Part shown: piece by piece, positions 35,738 through 45,700 of the stretch
Layout: each line of letters starts with the position of its first letter
How positions within the stretch are numbered: the stretch's first letter is position 1
From: an uncultured virus (IMG/VR IMGVR_UViG_3300011867_000002)
Taxonomy: Duplodnaviria > Heunggongvirae > Uroviricota > Caudoviricetes
DNA: 64,000 nucleotides
IMG/VR virus record: IMGVR_UViG_3300011867_000002
Coordinates: 1 to 64,000 of that record
Reading direction: 5' to 3' (one strand)
Made by a program: the position numbers and the translations under genes
Notes under the pieces: model-generated
What the model saw: only the letters and a program-made list of their open reading frames with translations
What the model was told of the DNA's origin: nothing
Databases searched by the model: none

Positions 35738-35876
35738 CTTCTTCTCCTTCTGTTCGGGGTGGGTGTTCGTAATCACAGGTGGTGCCTTCGCACACCTCTC
35801 CTTCGTAGAGTTCTTTGCGACACGCACCGGGGCAGCGGTAGAAGCGTGTAATACTACTGGGAATGCGCACGACCAT
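35676..35876 (-). CDS. Small Cys-rich hypothetical protein
   Basis: CPGAC...CEGTTCDYEH; fills the operon gap. Confidence 0.45.
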   Translation of the reverse strand: MVVRIPSSITRFYRCPGACRKELYEGEVCEGTTCDYEHPPRTEGEEDAQNELQAARNARNNGIQLG

Positions 35877-35880
35877 ACTT

Positions 35881-36570
35881 TCACACCCAGTCCGGGTAGA
35901 CCATGGCCAGTGCCATCATGGCACGCATCTCGATCGGGCCGTTTTCCACGAGAGGACCGAAACGGCTTACCGTCAGCTTGCACGGCTTATCGTACATGGC
36001 AGCGGTCTTCACACGCAGACGGCGCACCGCGCTTTGCAGTTCCGCTTCACAGACCGACGACCACAGGAAGTTCTTGCCCGTCTTGTCCGCACGCCAGCCG
36101 TCCGAGGATTCCGTATCTTTCGACCAGCCCACCGGGAACGGCAGGAGAATGATCTGGATTTCATCGGTGTAACGGAACAGCCGCAAAATCGCAGCGTCGC
36201 ACTGTTCACGTTTGCTCTCGATCAAGTCGATGGTCAAACGGTCTTGGAAGACGGTGAAGAAGTACGACGCGTAATCGTAGGGTGTACGATCGCCGAGGAG
36301 CAGGTGGCCGCCATTGCTTTCCAAGAGGGCCGCGCAGGCTTCCATGTTGTACATGTTGTCGGTCATGACTTCACCCTGAAATTTCATGTTGAATTCCGGG
36401 TCTTTCAGTGCGTCGCTTTCGTTGTCCAAGTTGTACTTGGCGTACGTGGCGCGAGTAGTCGACTTGGCGATTGTGGTATTCATGCCACGCAGTTGCGTCA
36501 TCTCAAAGCAGGCTTCCATCAGGGAAGTTTTGCCGACAGCGCCGGCACCTGCAAACAAAATCATTTTCAT
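35881..36570 (-). CDS. P-loop nucleotide kinase (dNMP/thymidylate kinase-like)
   Basis: ILFAGAGAVGKTS, GDRTPYD, DGWR. Confidence 0.75.
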   Translation of the reverse strand: MKMILFAGAGAVGKTSLMEACFEMTQLRGMNTTIAKSTTRATYAKYNLDNESDALKDPEFNMKFQGEVMTDNMYNMEACAALLESNGGHLLLGDRTPYDYASYFFTVFQDRLTIDLIESKREQCDAAILRLFRYTDEIQIILLPFPVGWSKDTESSDGWRADKTGKNFLWSSVCEAELQSAVRRLRVKTAAMYDKPCKLTVSRFGPLVENGPIEMRAMMALAMVYPDWV

Positions 36571-36589
36571 AACGTTCTCTCGTCAATTA

Positions 36590-36616
36590 GGTAATGTGTG
36601 ACTCCAAATTATTTTA
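36590..36616 (-). promoter_or_regulatory. Putative early promoter, class I
   Basis: AATAATTTGGAGTCACACATTACC. Confidence 0.5.
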
Positions 36617-36653
36617 TTACGGAATAAAAAAGGAGGGCATGACGCCCTCCTCT

Positions 36654-37910
36654 TTATGCCGCCAATTCCAGATACTTGACTTCGTTCAAGAAGCCACTGA
36701 TGTCGTCTGGATGCTCCCGGAACGCTGCTTGAACATCACAGCCGAGCATCGCACAAAACACCAGCGTTGGGTTGAGTTTGGTGCCTGGATACATGAGTTC
36801 GACGTACGCATGGATTTCTTCGTTCGTCATCGGGCCGATCTCGTACTTGTAGTCAACCCGCGATTTACGGATCAACGCTGGATCGAGTTTCTCCGGATGG
36901 TTGGTGGTGAGAAACACCATCACATCGTTCAGTGGAATGATGCCGTCCAGTGCGTTCAACAGTCCCGCCAAGGTCAACTGGTCCTGCACCATATCGGCCA
37001 GTGAGGTTTGCTGTGCGCCACCGTCTTTCTCGCGGGATTTGACCACACTCGTGGCTGCGTCCACATCTTCCACCAGCAAAAGTGCTTTCGGTGGCAGTAT
37101 CGCCAGTGCGTGTTGCAAGGTCTTGTTGCTCATCGCGGACAAGTCAAGTATGAACACGCCCCGGTCGTAGTGACCTGCCAGTGTTTTGGCGATACTCGTC
37201 TTACCGGTACCCGGTGGGCCATACAACAGGGTCGTGATTTTGTACGCAATACCGCGATCACGGAACCACTGGCGATTGTTGACGAAATGGTCGTGACGAC
37301 GCAGCAATTGTTCTTTCAGGTCCTCTGCAATACAGAGGGTACGCATCGGTCGTTTTTCAATCGTCGTGACTTGTTCCCAGCTATTGTTACGGTATTCGTA
37401 AACAGCAAGTTCGTTCTCACCCTTCTTGTATTCAAACGCCTTCACAAGCTCCAGGAGCGCTTTGTGGCTGCGACCGAGGGTGACGATGCGAATCCCTTCC
37501 TTTTGACGCTCACTGCCGCTGGAATCAATCTTAAACTTGTTGAACCAGAACAAGCGGCCCTTGTAGAAGAAAATGTGATTGCCATAACCGGGACCGACCA
37601 CAGTGTCGGTTTCTTTGCCGATTTGGTAAAAGCGTCCCGTGTACAAGGAACGGCTCCACTTCGCCCATGGGCTTTCCATGAACCAAGTCAGGAACAGCGT
37701 AAAGTGGTAATCGTTGCCGCTGTAACCGGCGTTGTTCATTTCAATGGAAGTCGTCACGGCACCCGTGAAGGTTTTCCAGATTGTTTTAGGGAGATCGCGT
37801 GCCAGATACGTCAGCGTTCCTGTGAGATAGAGCGCAAAGCCAGCCAACATGGGGTTGCCTTTGACGGCGTTGGAATACTCGGTGAAAAAGGCGCTGAGGG
37901 TATCAAACAT
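36654..37910 (-). CDS. BCS1-like membrane AAA+ ATPase (second paralog)
   Basis: TM helix, GPGYGNHIFFY, WFRDRGI, YGPPGTGKTS, LVEDVD, LLNALDG, TTNHPEKLDPALIR. Confidence 0.85.
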   Translation of the reverse strand: MFDTLSAFFTEYSNAVKGNPMLAGFALYLTGTLTYLARDLPKTIWKTFTGAVTTSIEMNNAGYSGNDYHFTLFLTWFMESPWAKWSRSLYTGRFYQIGKETDTVVGPGYGNHIFFYKGRLFWFNKFKIDSSGSERQKEGIRIVTLGRSHKALLELVKAFEYKKGENELAVYEYRNNSWEQVTTIEKRPMRTLCIAEDLKEQLLRRHDHFVNNRQWFRDRGIAYKITTLLYGPPGTGKTSIAKTLAGHYDRGVFILDLSAMSNKTLQHALAILPPKALLLVEDVDAATSVVKSREKDGGAQQTSLADMVQDQLTLAGLLNALDGIIPLNDVMVFLTTNHPEKLDPALIRKSRVDYKYEIGPMTNEEIHAYVELMYPGTKLNPTLVFCAMLGCDVQAAFREHPDDISGFLNEVKYLELAA

Positions 37911-37985
37911 TTTTTTTTACTCCATGAGGATTAGGACAAAGAAAAAACTACCCGATGTTCTGGGTAGTTTTTTGGTACCTACCTG

Positions 37986-38300
37986 TTAAGGTGGGATGCC
38001 AGGATCGAAACTGTAGTCTTGTGCTTCGAGTTCTGCGAGCAAACTGTGGTAGCCTTCGGATGGTTCACCGGTCCAGTGGCGAAATTCTTTCGTGCCATTT
38101 TCCCAGCGCGCTTCTTCCACCACCATGGGCGTACCCGTAAGCACCATCAGAGCTTGGTTAAGTGCCCATTGTTTATGGTCTACGCCGTCGGTGAGTAAAC
38201 CATCAACGATGATCTCTTTGGCCCAATCAACCGGTGTCTTGTCCTTAAAATCAGGATGCGTCGTTTGGTCAACTGGGAACTGCCCCATATAGCCTTCCAT
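37986..38300 (-). CDS. Hypothetical protein
   Basis: DGVDHKQW...GIPP; GGAGG RBS. Confidence 0.7.
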   Translation of the reverse strand: MEGYMGQFPVDQTTHPDFKDKTPVDWAKEIIVDGLLTDGVDHKQWALNQALMVLTGTPMVVEEARWENGTKEFRHWTGEPSEGYHSLLAELEAQDYSFDPGIPP

Positions 38301-38309
38301 GCTTCCTCC

Positions 38310-38693
38310 TTAGCGACGTTGGACAAAGACCGGGCGGTCTTCACCTTTGCGGTACGCCCGGAGTTCATAAGCGGTGACGATCTCGATACCGGTGACTGGG
38401 TAACCCATGCGTTCGATTTGCGCGAAGATGGATTGCACAGCCTTGGTTGTAGGCTGGTCCAGGTTCTCTGGGCGGTCCACTGTGAACGGCAGCGATGTCT
38501 TGCCATTCGTCGTATCGAAGAACGCGGTGCCGTGTTGTTGGCCCGGCCCGATGTCGCCAGACAAGCCGACTTCAACGTGGCCACTCAATTGATAGGCTAT
38601 TCCGCGAACGAGCATTTCGAGCAAGTCGGTCACCCAGATGACGACAGCACCGATGACGTCCAGGAGGTCCATCGATTGGGAACTTTGTTTCAT
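38310..38693 (-). CDS. Hypothetical protein
   Basis: 127-aa ORF. Confidence 0.65.
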   Translation of the reverse strand: MKQSSQSMDLLDVIGAVVIWVTDLLEMLVRGIAYQLSGHVEVGLSGDIGPGQQHGTAFFDTTNGKTSLPFTVDRPENLDQPTTKAVQSIFAQIERMGYPVTGIEIVTAYELRAYRKGEDRPVFVQRR

Positions 38694-38708
38694 GATAGCG
38701 CTTCCAGG

Positions 38709-39344
38709 TTAGTTAGGGGCGGTGGCTTTGAACTGGCTGTACGACATGCCACGGCTACCGAGATACGGTACGGAGTCCGGCGAACCGAGCATGCTCGACA
38801 TGTCGAGCACATCGTTGTGCACTTCTTTGGGTGGAGTGTTAAGGGCGTCAGTCAAGAGACAAATTTCGCCATTGTGTTTAACATAATTGGACTGTGGCGG
38901 TGCGCTGATGACCGTGCCATCGGGTTTGATCAGGAGCTGGCCATCGTGGATGACCTGTGGCTCGCCGGTGTTCTTGGCGCGCTCCGTGGCATAATGCAGG
39001 TCGAGTGCCCGCTTGTTCGGGGTGGCGGTGATCTTCTCACGCACCACTTCCATCGACACCTTGGTGCCGGTGTTTTGCACCATGCCGAAGTAGGAACGCA
39101 GACCGAGGACGACGTAGCCTTCTGCTTCGGCTTTGTCCATCACGTGGTTGAACAGGTCGCGATCGAGACGCGGTGGCGTGCTGATGCCCTCGAAAGCGAA
39201 ACGCACCGGATAGTTGCTGAGTTTCTTGCCTTTGTGATCGGCATAGAAGGTGCCGTGCTCAGCCATGTTGTTGGCGTCGGTGTGGAAACGCACGGTCAGT
39301 TGGTTTTTGTGGCGACCGAAGAGACGATTAACGAAATTGAACAT
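38709..39344 (-). CDS. Hypothetical protein
   Basis: 211-aa ORF. Confidence 0.7.
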   Translation of the reverse strand: MFNFVNRLFGRHKNQLTVRFHTDANNMAEHGTFYADHKGKKLSNYPVRFAFEGISTPPRLDRDLFNHVMDKAEAEGYVVLGLRSYFGMVQNTGTKVSMEVVREKITATPNKRALDLHYATERAKNTGEPQVIHDGQLLIKPDGTVISAPPQSNYVKHNGEICLLTDALNTPPKEVHNDVLDMSSMLGSPDSVPYLGSRGMSYSQFKATAPN

Positions 39345-39385
39345 GATAGAAAACCTTTCTTTTTGATTAGTGGAGACAACAGGTA

Positions 39386-39754
39386 TTACGATTGCATGGG
39401 TGCTGCGCGGTGGAGAAACTGGAAGTGGTTCATGCCGCCATCGGCAAACACCACGGTAATGGAATGAACGATGCGATAACGGGCTTCATACTGATCGAGC
39501 AGTTCACCCAACGCTGCCGACATGGTGTCCTTTGCTCGCAAGTATTCCGGCAAGTTGACCTTGATCATCTCTTCTTCATGGTAGCTCACGCCGTCAACTT
39601 CAACATCCGACGCCACGATAGCGTGCGCTTGCCACTCGACCATCTTCTCGAAGACTTCAGTCGAGAAATAGGCTTCGCGCTCCAAAATGACCAAGGGTGT
39701 CGGTTTGTTACGCAACGATTTCGCCCACGATAACAGGTTATCGAGATAACGCAT
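39386..39754 (-). CDS. Hypothetical protein
   Basis: Start MRYLDN after AAGGAA. Confidence 0.65.
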   Translation of the reverse strand: MRYLDNLLSWAKSLRNKPTPLVILEREAYFSTEVFEKMVEWQAHAIVASDVEVDGVSYHEEEMIKVNLPEYLRAKDTMSAALGELLDQYEARYRIVHSITVVFADGGMNHFQFLHRAAPMQS

Positions 39755-39821
39755 AATGGTTCCTTTTATAAAGGTAGGTACTTTCACAAGAGATACACGA
39801 GGGGAATAATTTCCACCATCC

Positions 39822-39855
39822 GTCATAAAACGAGGTGGCGAACCACCTCGTTTTA
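39822..39855 (-). terminator. Intrinsic terminator
   Basis: AAAACGAGGTGG-CGAA-CCACCTCGTTTT. Confidence 0.8.
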
Positions 39856-40470
39856 CTAGACTTCTTCGGCCACACCCAAATGGAAGATGTCCAAGAATTG
39901 GTTCGAAACGATTTTATCGATTGGTTGGTCGATGTCTTCGATCCGTCCCCAACGGAAGATGTCGAGGTATTGCTGGGTGATGATCGACTCCAGCGGGATG
40001 CCGGTATCGCCATCGATGTTCACGATCAGTTCGAGGCTACCAATGTACACCAAAGAATTCGGCGCAGCTTGGATGGTGATGGGTTGGCCGACACTGGTGA
40101 TCGGCGGCAAGGCCGCATCGATGTAGTCCTTTGCCGTGAGATTGATGCGGTAACGGGCATTCACCAAGGGAATGATGTCACTGATCATGTTCGCCCATGC
40201 GGGCGCGGCAAAGACATTACTACGCAGACCCGGAACAGTGTCCAAGGCAATGCGGTTGTACCACAGACGCGTTGTACCATACTTCTTGGTCGCGTTCGTG
40301 GGTCGCACTACGATTTCAGTGTTACGAAACGCAGGCGGGGCTTTCGGAATAGCAAGAGGGTCCCCGACGACACGCAAGGTATCGGCGGTAAAAGCGGTAC
40401 CGTTATCGAAGTTGATGAGGTCAATCACCACATCTTCGGGCAGCTTGGTAAAATCAGAAATAAAAGACAT
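39856..40470 (-). CDS. phiKZ-like virion structural (baseplate/fibre-associated) protein
   Basis: DLINFDN...NTEIVV...YGTTRLWYNRIAL...INL..D..D...SLVYIG pattern of the jumbo-phage virion paralog family. Confidence 0.7.
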   Translation of the reverse strand: MSFISDFTKLPEDVVIDLINFDNGTAFTADTLRVVGDPLAIPKAPPAFRNTEIVVRPTNATKKYGTTRLWYNRIALDTVPGLRSNVFAAPAWANMISDIIPLVNARYRINLTAKDYIDAALPPITSVGQPITIQAAPNSLVYIGSLELIVNIDGDTGIPLESIITQQYLDIFRWGRIEDIDQPIDKIVSNQFLDIFHLGVAEEV

Positions 40471-40516
40471 GGCGGCACCTATCTATGCAATCGAGGCGGA
40501 CTAAACATAAGATAAG

Positions 40517-40554
40517 GCGGCATAAAGCCCAGGGCGTCTGTCACCCTGGGCTTT
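40517..40554 (-). terminator. Intrinsic terminator with TTTATGCCG tail
   Basis: AAAGCCCAGGG/CCCTGGGCTTT stem. Confidence 0.8.
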
Positions 40555-40930
40555 ACACGTCCTACAGTTGAACCGCCATACGCGTACACGTGATGGTCGC
40601 AAGCGGTAATGCCCCGAAAGCGCTGGTGAGGCAGCGCCGTCGATGCGGTTAGTGAACCGGGTAGCTATTCCGGTTCGTTGGGTTACAGTGCTCCGTCACT
40701 GGGGATTTGGTCGGAGATGCTCGGCGCAGCGCACTATTCCAAGGCGCCGCGGCGAGTCAGTTGTGCCCCGCTTTCTTTAGCAGGGGCGATTCGCGGCGCG
40801 CGCCGCTCCGTAGAAGTACGGCAAGCGGCACGGCTGGCGAAGGGTGCCTAGGCGGATGCGTAGGGCTTGTGGCCATTCCAGGCGGGCGATACGAGCACGA
40901 TGGGTCGTACGCCGGCCGGCCGGCGCCAGG
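40555..40930. other. GC-rich noncoding tract with multiple hairpins (candidate structured RNA or long 3' UTR)
   Basis: GCGCTG/CAGCGC, GAACCGG/CCGGTTC, GCGCCGCG/CGCGGCGC, GCCGCT..CCGTA/TACGG..AGCGGC stems; no credible minus-strand ORF. Confidence 0.45.
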
Positions 40931-40933
40931 CGG

Positions 40934-41389
40934 TCAGGTCGACGAGGTATTCGAGATCAAATCGGTCGAGGGGCGCAATCGCCCGCCCGGTTTCGATTCG
41001 GCGCCGAAGCCGTGGTCGCTGTTGGTGTAGGTCATCGTCGCATGCAAGTCGCTCAGGTCTTGGCCACGCAATCGGTGGTCAGGATAGGCGGCTTGGTAGC
41101 CGGCGAAGGTGGTCGAGGTCGAGGCGGTCATCAGGTCTTGCGCGGTCGGCTGCACCCACAATCGGGACGAGGACGTCTCCGAGGTGGAAGCGAGCTTCAC
41201 GGTATCGGTCGTGACGGCCGCGATGCCGCCTGCTTCCGACATGGTGTCGATGCCTTTGATGATGCCGATGCCTTCGGCCGCAGGGCTTGGACGGACATCG
41301 CCGGGGGGCGAGAAGTTGAACAGCGACATTGCGCAGAGCATGGCCACAGCCATGAACAGGCACAATCGCGCGTGCAGCGATTTGAACAT
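40934..41389 (-). CDS. Putative secreted low-complexity protein
   Basis: Signal-peptide-like N-terminus, Ser/Thr-rich body, GGGAG RBS. Confidence 0.6.
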   Translation of the reverse strand: MFKSLHARLCLFMAVAMLCAMSLFNFSPPGDVRPSPAAEGIGIIKGIDTMSEAGGIAAVTTDTVKLASTSETSSSRLWVQPTAQDLMTASTSTTFAGYQAAYPDHRLRGQDLSDLHATMTYTNSDHGFGAESKPGGRLRPSTDLISNTSST

Positions 41390-41488
41390 GTGTTGCTCCC
41401 TTTGTTTTGGGGTTAGTAAAAGAGTGATTCCACTGAGGTAGTTTCACTCAGACAATACGTTGTTGGCTGTAAAAAATCACAACAGTTT

Positions 41489-42538
41489 TTATGCCTCCTT
41501 CACAAGCGCGACAACCGGTGCTGGCTTCTTTTGCTTGGCACCAATGATGCTGCTAAAGAATCCAGGTGCCATTTTCATGGCTTGTTGGTACACCACCACT
41601 AAGAACGCGATGGTCACTACAGGCGCCACCACCCAGTAAACTGGATACGGAACCATGCTTCCCATTTTGCCGTACACGAACCAGGTCAGATAGAGAACAG
41701 GTGCATGGGCGATGAAAATGAAGAAGCTGTACTTGCTCATCTTGCCCATCCATTTGCCCACACGGGTATTGACAACCATGGCCGAGATCGACCAGAGCAA
41801 GAAGGGAGCTACGTAGCCGAGGTAGGTCGTGTTCGCCACACGGAAGACTACCAACACTACGCAGAGGGCCGAGAAGATCACCAGCGAAAGTGGCGCATAC
41901 TTGTCGAGCATCAAAAGGTTGCCTTTGCTCACGCCCAGCATGCCACCCACATAGAACATGACAGCCATGTTGTTGCGCAAGACAATCGCGCCGTCGAGGT
42001 TGTACATGAAGAACATCCAGACCACTGCCAGCCCAACGAGAGGCGCACTACGCAGCATTGCACCGAACAGTGGTGCCAACAACACCAGTGCCACCAAATC
42101 GCGGATAAAGTTCAGCGGGTAGTTAATGGGCGAACCACGCAGGCCCAAGAGCGCATTGCTCCATACCTTTTCATTGAACGGCAGCAGGTCGTCCGAAAAC
42201 TTCAGTCCCAATTTGGCTTGGGCAAACAGTGCGAGAACGAAGAGGCCGGTATTGAACACCAAGAAAGGAATCACCAGCGTCTTGAATTTCTTTTTCCAGA
42301 GTTTGGTAGGGGCCAAATCCAGGCCCGAGGAAAACAGCAGGTAGCCTGAAATGCAGGTCAGAACAGGGACGGTGGTACGAAACACCACGTTTTGAAACAG
42401 CGCTTTGATGAAGTCAAACACGCCATTGCCTACTAGCGGCATGGGGACATTCATGGGGGTATGCAACAAGACCACGCCGGCGATCATCAGAAAGCGCAGC
42501 ATGGCAATACGGTTACTTACTTGTTGATCGTGCGACAT
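41489..42538 (-). CDS. Acyltransferase-3 family membrane protein (ExoH-like)
   Basis: RIAMLRFLMIAGVVLLH, VPVLTCISGYL, PINYPLNFIRDL, SFFIFIAH; about 10 TM helices. Confidence 0.85.
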   Translation of the reverse strand: MSHDQQVSNRIAMLRFLMIAGVVLLHTPMNVPMPLVGNGVFDFIKALFQNVVFRTTVPVLTCISGYLLFSSGLDLAPTKLWKKKFKTLVIPFLVFNTGLFVLALFAQAKLGLKFSDDLLPFNEKVWSNALLGLRGSPINYPLNFIRDLVALVLLAPLFGAMLRSAPLVGLAVVWMFFMYNLDGAIVLRNNMAVMFYVGGMLGVSKGNLLMLDKYAPLSLVIFSALCVVLVVFRVANTTYLGYVAPFLLWSISAMVVNTRVGKWMGKMSKYSFFIFIAHAPVLYLTWFVYGKMGSMVPYPVYWVVAPVVTIAFLVVVYQQAMKMAPGFFSSIIGAKQKKPAPVVALVKEA

Positions 42539-42591
42539 GGTTTTCTCCTCAAGAAACGAAACAGGTAGATGTAGATAGGCTACAATTCACG

Positions 42592-42616
42592 ATGGTTATA
42601 TGTGTCCAAAATAATC
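42592..42616 (-). promoter_or_regulatory. Putative early promoter, class I
   Basis: ATTATTTTGGACACATATAACC upstream of the acyltransferase. Confidence 0.5.
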
Positions 42617-42633
42617 TAGCATCCTCAGATTTC

Positions 42634-42670
42634 GCGGCATAAAAGGAGAGGCCCAAAAGCCTCTCCTTTT
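42634..42670 (-). terminator. Intrinsic terminator with TTTATGCCG tail
   Basis: AAAAGGAGAGGC/GCCTCTCCTTTT stem. Confidence 0.8.
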
Positions 42671-42720
42671 TGCTTATTACCGACTACCTGGCTTCCTTAA
42701 TTGCAGGAAGAGGTGGGTCG

Positions 42721-45700
42721 TTACTTCGACGGCATCGCCATGTTACCCGTGGCTTTCACCAAGGTCACATCGAACGACGTCAGCACCGGAATGCCGTATG
42801 CCGTTGCCATGACACGGATCGTGGCACGGACAGTACTTACCGCGGCGATGTAGTTCCACACACCGTTGTCGGTAGGAATTTGCACCGGACCCACGGTAGG
42901 TCCCGATGGCAACGGGTCGATGAACACTTCGACTTTGCCAGTGGGGTCGTTCTTCAGGTCAACCGTACCGGAGATCGTGGCTTTGTTGCCCGACACTTTG
43001 GAGCTGGTCAACTTGATTTCCGGTGGAATGCCCACCGGCGCCGTGCTATCGAGGTCAGCCGCGCGCGGGTTGCCTGCGATGGTCACCACCGAGAACACCA
43101 CACCACCCAAGAAGTTCGCACTCTTGCCGCCTGCGTTGGTCATGTACACCACTGGCGCAGCGTAGTTACCCGGCGTCAGCTGTGTCCACTCGACATACCA
43201 GGTGCCGTCTTCGTTGATGATCAGTGCCTTTTCTGGCAGCGCCGATGCTTTGCCAGGATTGGTACCGATAGCAACGCTGGCGAAACCGCTCAAAGGGGCT
43301 TCGCTATACGTACCCGACAGACGCAGTTTCGTACCATCGAGGGTCTGGCCAGTGATTTGGCCTTTTGGTACCGGAACGTACGAATTCAGCTGCCACGCGC
43401 CGATGTCAGGTGCTGGGCCGCGGTTACGTCCCGTCATGTCATCGGTTGAAATCGCGCTATCCGACGCTTTACCGATGGCAGGGCCTCCTGCTTTTGGTTT
43501 GTAGTTCGAACCTGCCGTTTGCACGATAGCAGCTTCGGTCGAGACCGTCCAGCCCGCCCACTGGGTAGTCAGGGCCGTGTCGGTCAAGTTCGCGCGCATC
43601 TTCAGCTTGGTGCTGTCGACCGTAACTGGTGCTGGGCCACAACCGATGAAGATGTTATCGCTAATTTCGCCGGAGTCGTAAGACGCACCGTGACGACCTG
43701 CCAGGGTGCCTAGTGCGCCGCCGCGCCGCACGAAGGTATTGCGGACGACGTACGCCGAGTTTACGAGGAAGAACTTGGCTTTGCCTTTTTCTTGGACGAA
43801 CAGGTTGTCCGTCACGTAAGACGAGGCGTTGTACTCGCCATTGCTGAAGATGTAGTTCGCCTCGTCCGACAGTTCGTTCAGGAAGAAGTTTCCTTTGAAC
43901 GGACCAGGGAAGAACTGCGCTTGGCTACTATTGTTGGCCGTCATGTAGCAGCAAGTCGTACCAGTGGCAGTGGAACCCACGTCCATGGCCTTGATACGGA
44001 AACCTTGGAAGGTAATGCCATTCTTGACCGTGAAGCTGTTGCCTGGTTTCAACATGATTTCCATGCCGTCGTCGTACCAGTTGAGCGCTTCGCCAGCATG
44101 GCGGTCAAGCATACCCAAGCCAGGTGCCGGTTTAATTACCACCAGCGCGGTACCGTTAGGCGCCAAGGACAGGCTGCTCAGGTCGCTCGCGTGAATGTAG
44201 TTCGTTACGTACGCGTGGATCACTTCACCAGCAGGCACGTTGGTGCGGGCACTCATCCACGTTTGGAACGCTTTGATGTTGGCGTGGGTCTGACCCTTAC
44301 CGATCATCTGCACGTTGACGCCTGACTCCACTGGAGTAGGCGTCTTGACCACTGTGAACGCCGCACCGCCCGTGGCGCGGGCCGAGGTGCCTGCATTGTT
44401 GGTGAAGAGAATGTCCGGTGCCAGATAGTTGCCTGGCGTGACGCCATAGAGGTACGCCACGAACTTCTTCGTCACGGTATCGAAGTACACCGTGGTGGCG
44501 TTGGCAATCTCGACAGCACCGTCTGGCGTGCCACTGACAGCAGCACTGATCTTGGCACTGAGTGGGACATTTTCCACCGTACCGAAGAACGTTACCGTAT
44601 CGCCCACCACGTACTGTTTCTGAATCACCGCAGTCGGAATGACAGGCGTTTCGATGAAGAACGGCGCGCCGCCCGTTGCTGCGGCACCATCGCCACCGTA
44701 GTTCGAGAAAATCGCTTGTGGCGACTTGTAGTTACCGCCATCGATGTTGGCGAACACCGCTTCCCAGGTGGTCGCGGTTTTCATTACCGCCGCTTTCGAT
44801 GCCACCACCGTACCATCGGTTTTGACCAGCGTTACCGAACCACCGAAAGGATCACCTTCAACGGTACCGGTCACGGTCACGGTTTGGTTGACGATGGTCG
44901 TTCCCGTGATGGTGCCCGTAGGTGGAGCAGGCAGTGGCTGCGCCGTTACCTGGAATGGACCGACGTCAGGTACTTGGCCACGGTACTTACCGAACATACC
45001 GAAAGTGTTGACGGCGGCCGGGCTACCTTTACCAATCAGCGAACTACCCGCTGGCAGACGCAAGTCCGTTGCCACATCGCGTGCCAGTTGCTCTGTGGTC
45101 ATCACCGTGAAGCCGGATGGATACGGCGTGGTCATCGCGGTGTCGGTGTAGTTGTTGGCAATCTTGGCATTAGCCGACGCTGGCAGACCCAGTGCTGGGG
45201 TTGGGCCGCAGCCGAGGAAGATATTGTCTTTCAGCGAAAGGTCAATACCCGTGGTCGCAGGGTTGCCAGCAGCCGTTCCTGTACGAAGGAAGACGTTCCG
45301 CTCCACCACGGCCTTGTAGTTCAGTGCAATCGACAGTGCCTTGCCGGCGGTGTGGATGAAGATGCAATCCGCCACCGTACCGGCATAGGTGTACTCGCCA
45401 GAAGTAAAGACACGGCATTTGGAGCCCACCGCTTCCGACAAGAAACGACATTGCCGGATTTGGCTAGGACGGTTGGCAGGATTACCTGCCAGCATGAACG
45501 CACTGCGCACAGTGACGTCGTCGTCCACACCACCCGTGACGAAGATACGGAAACCTTCGAGCACCACGCCGTGGCGGAAGGTACCCATCCAGTTACTGGT
45601 CGCAGGAATCGTCACGCTCAGAGTGATACCCCCGCCAGCGTAGTGCTGCGGCGTGCCGTCTGGGGTGATGTCGTTGATACCCAGGCCAGGTGCTGGACGG

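Noticed and set aside
40760..40936. Stop-codon readthrough or recoding extending the 151-aa ORF
   Set aside because: The frame meets further TGA, TAA and TAG stops and gives Pro/Arg-rich nonsense. Other genes use all three stops normally.
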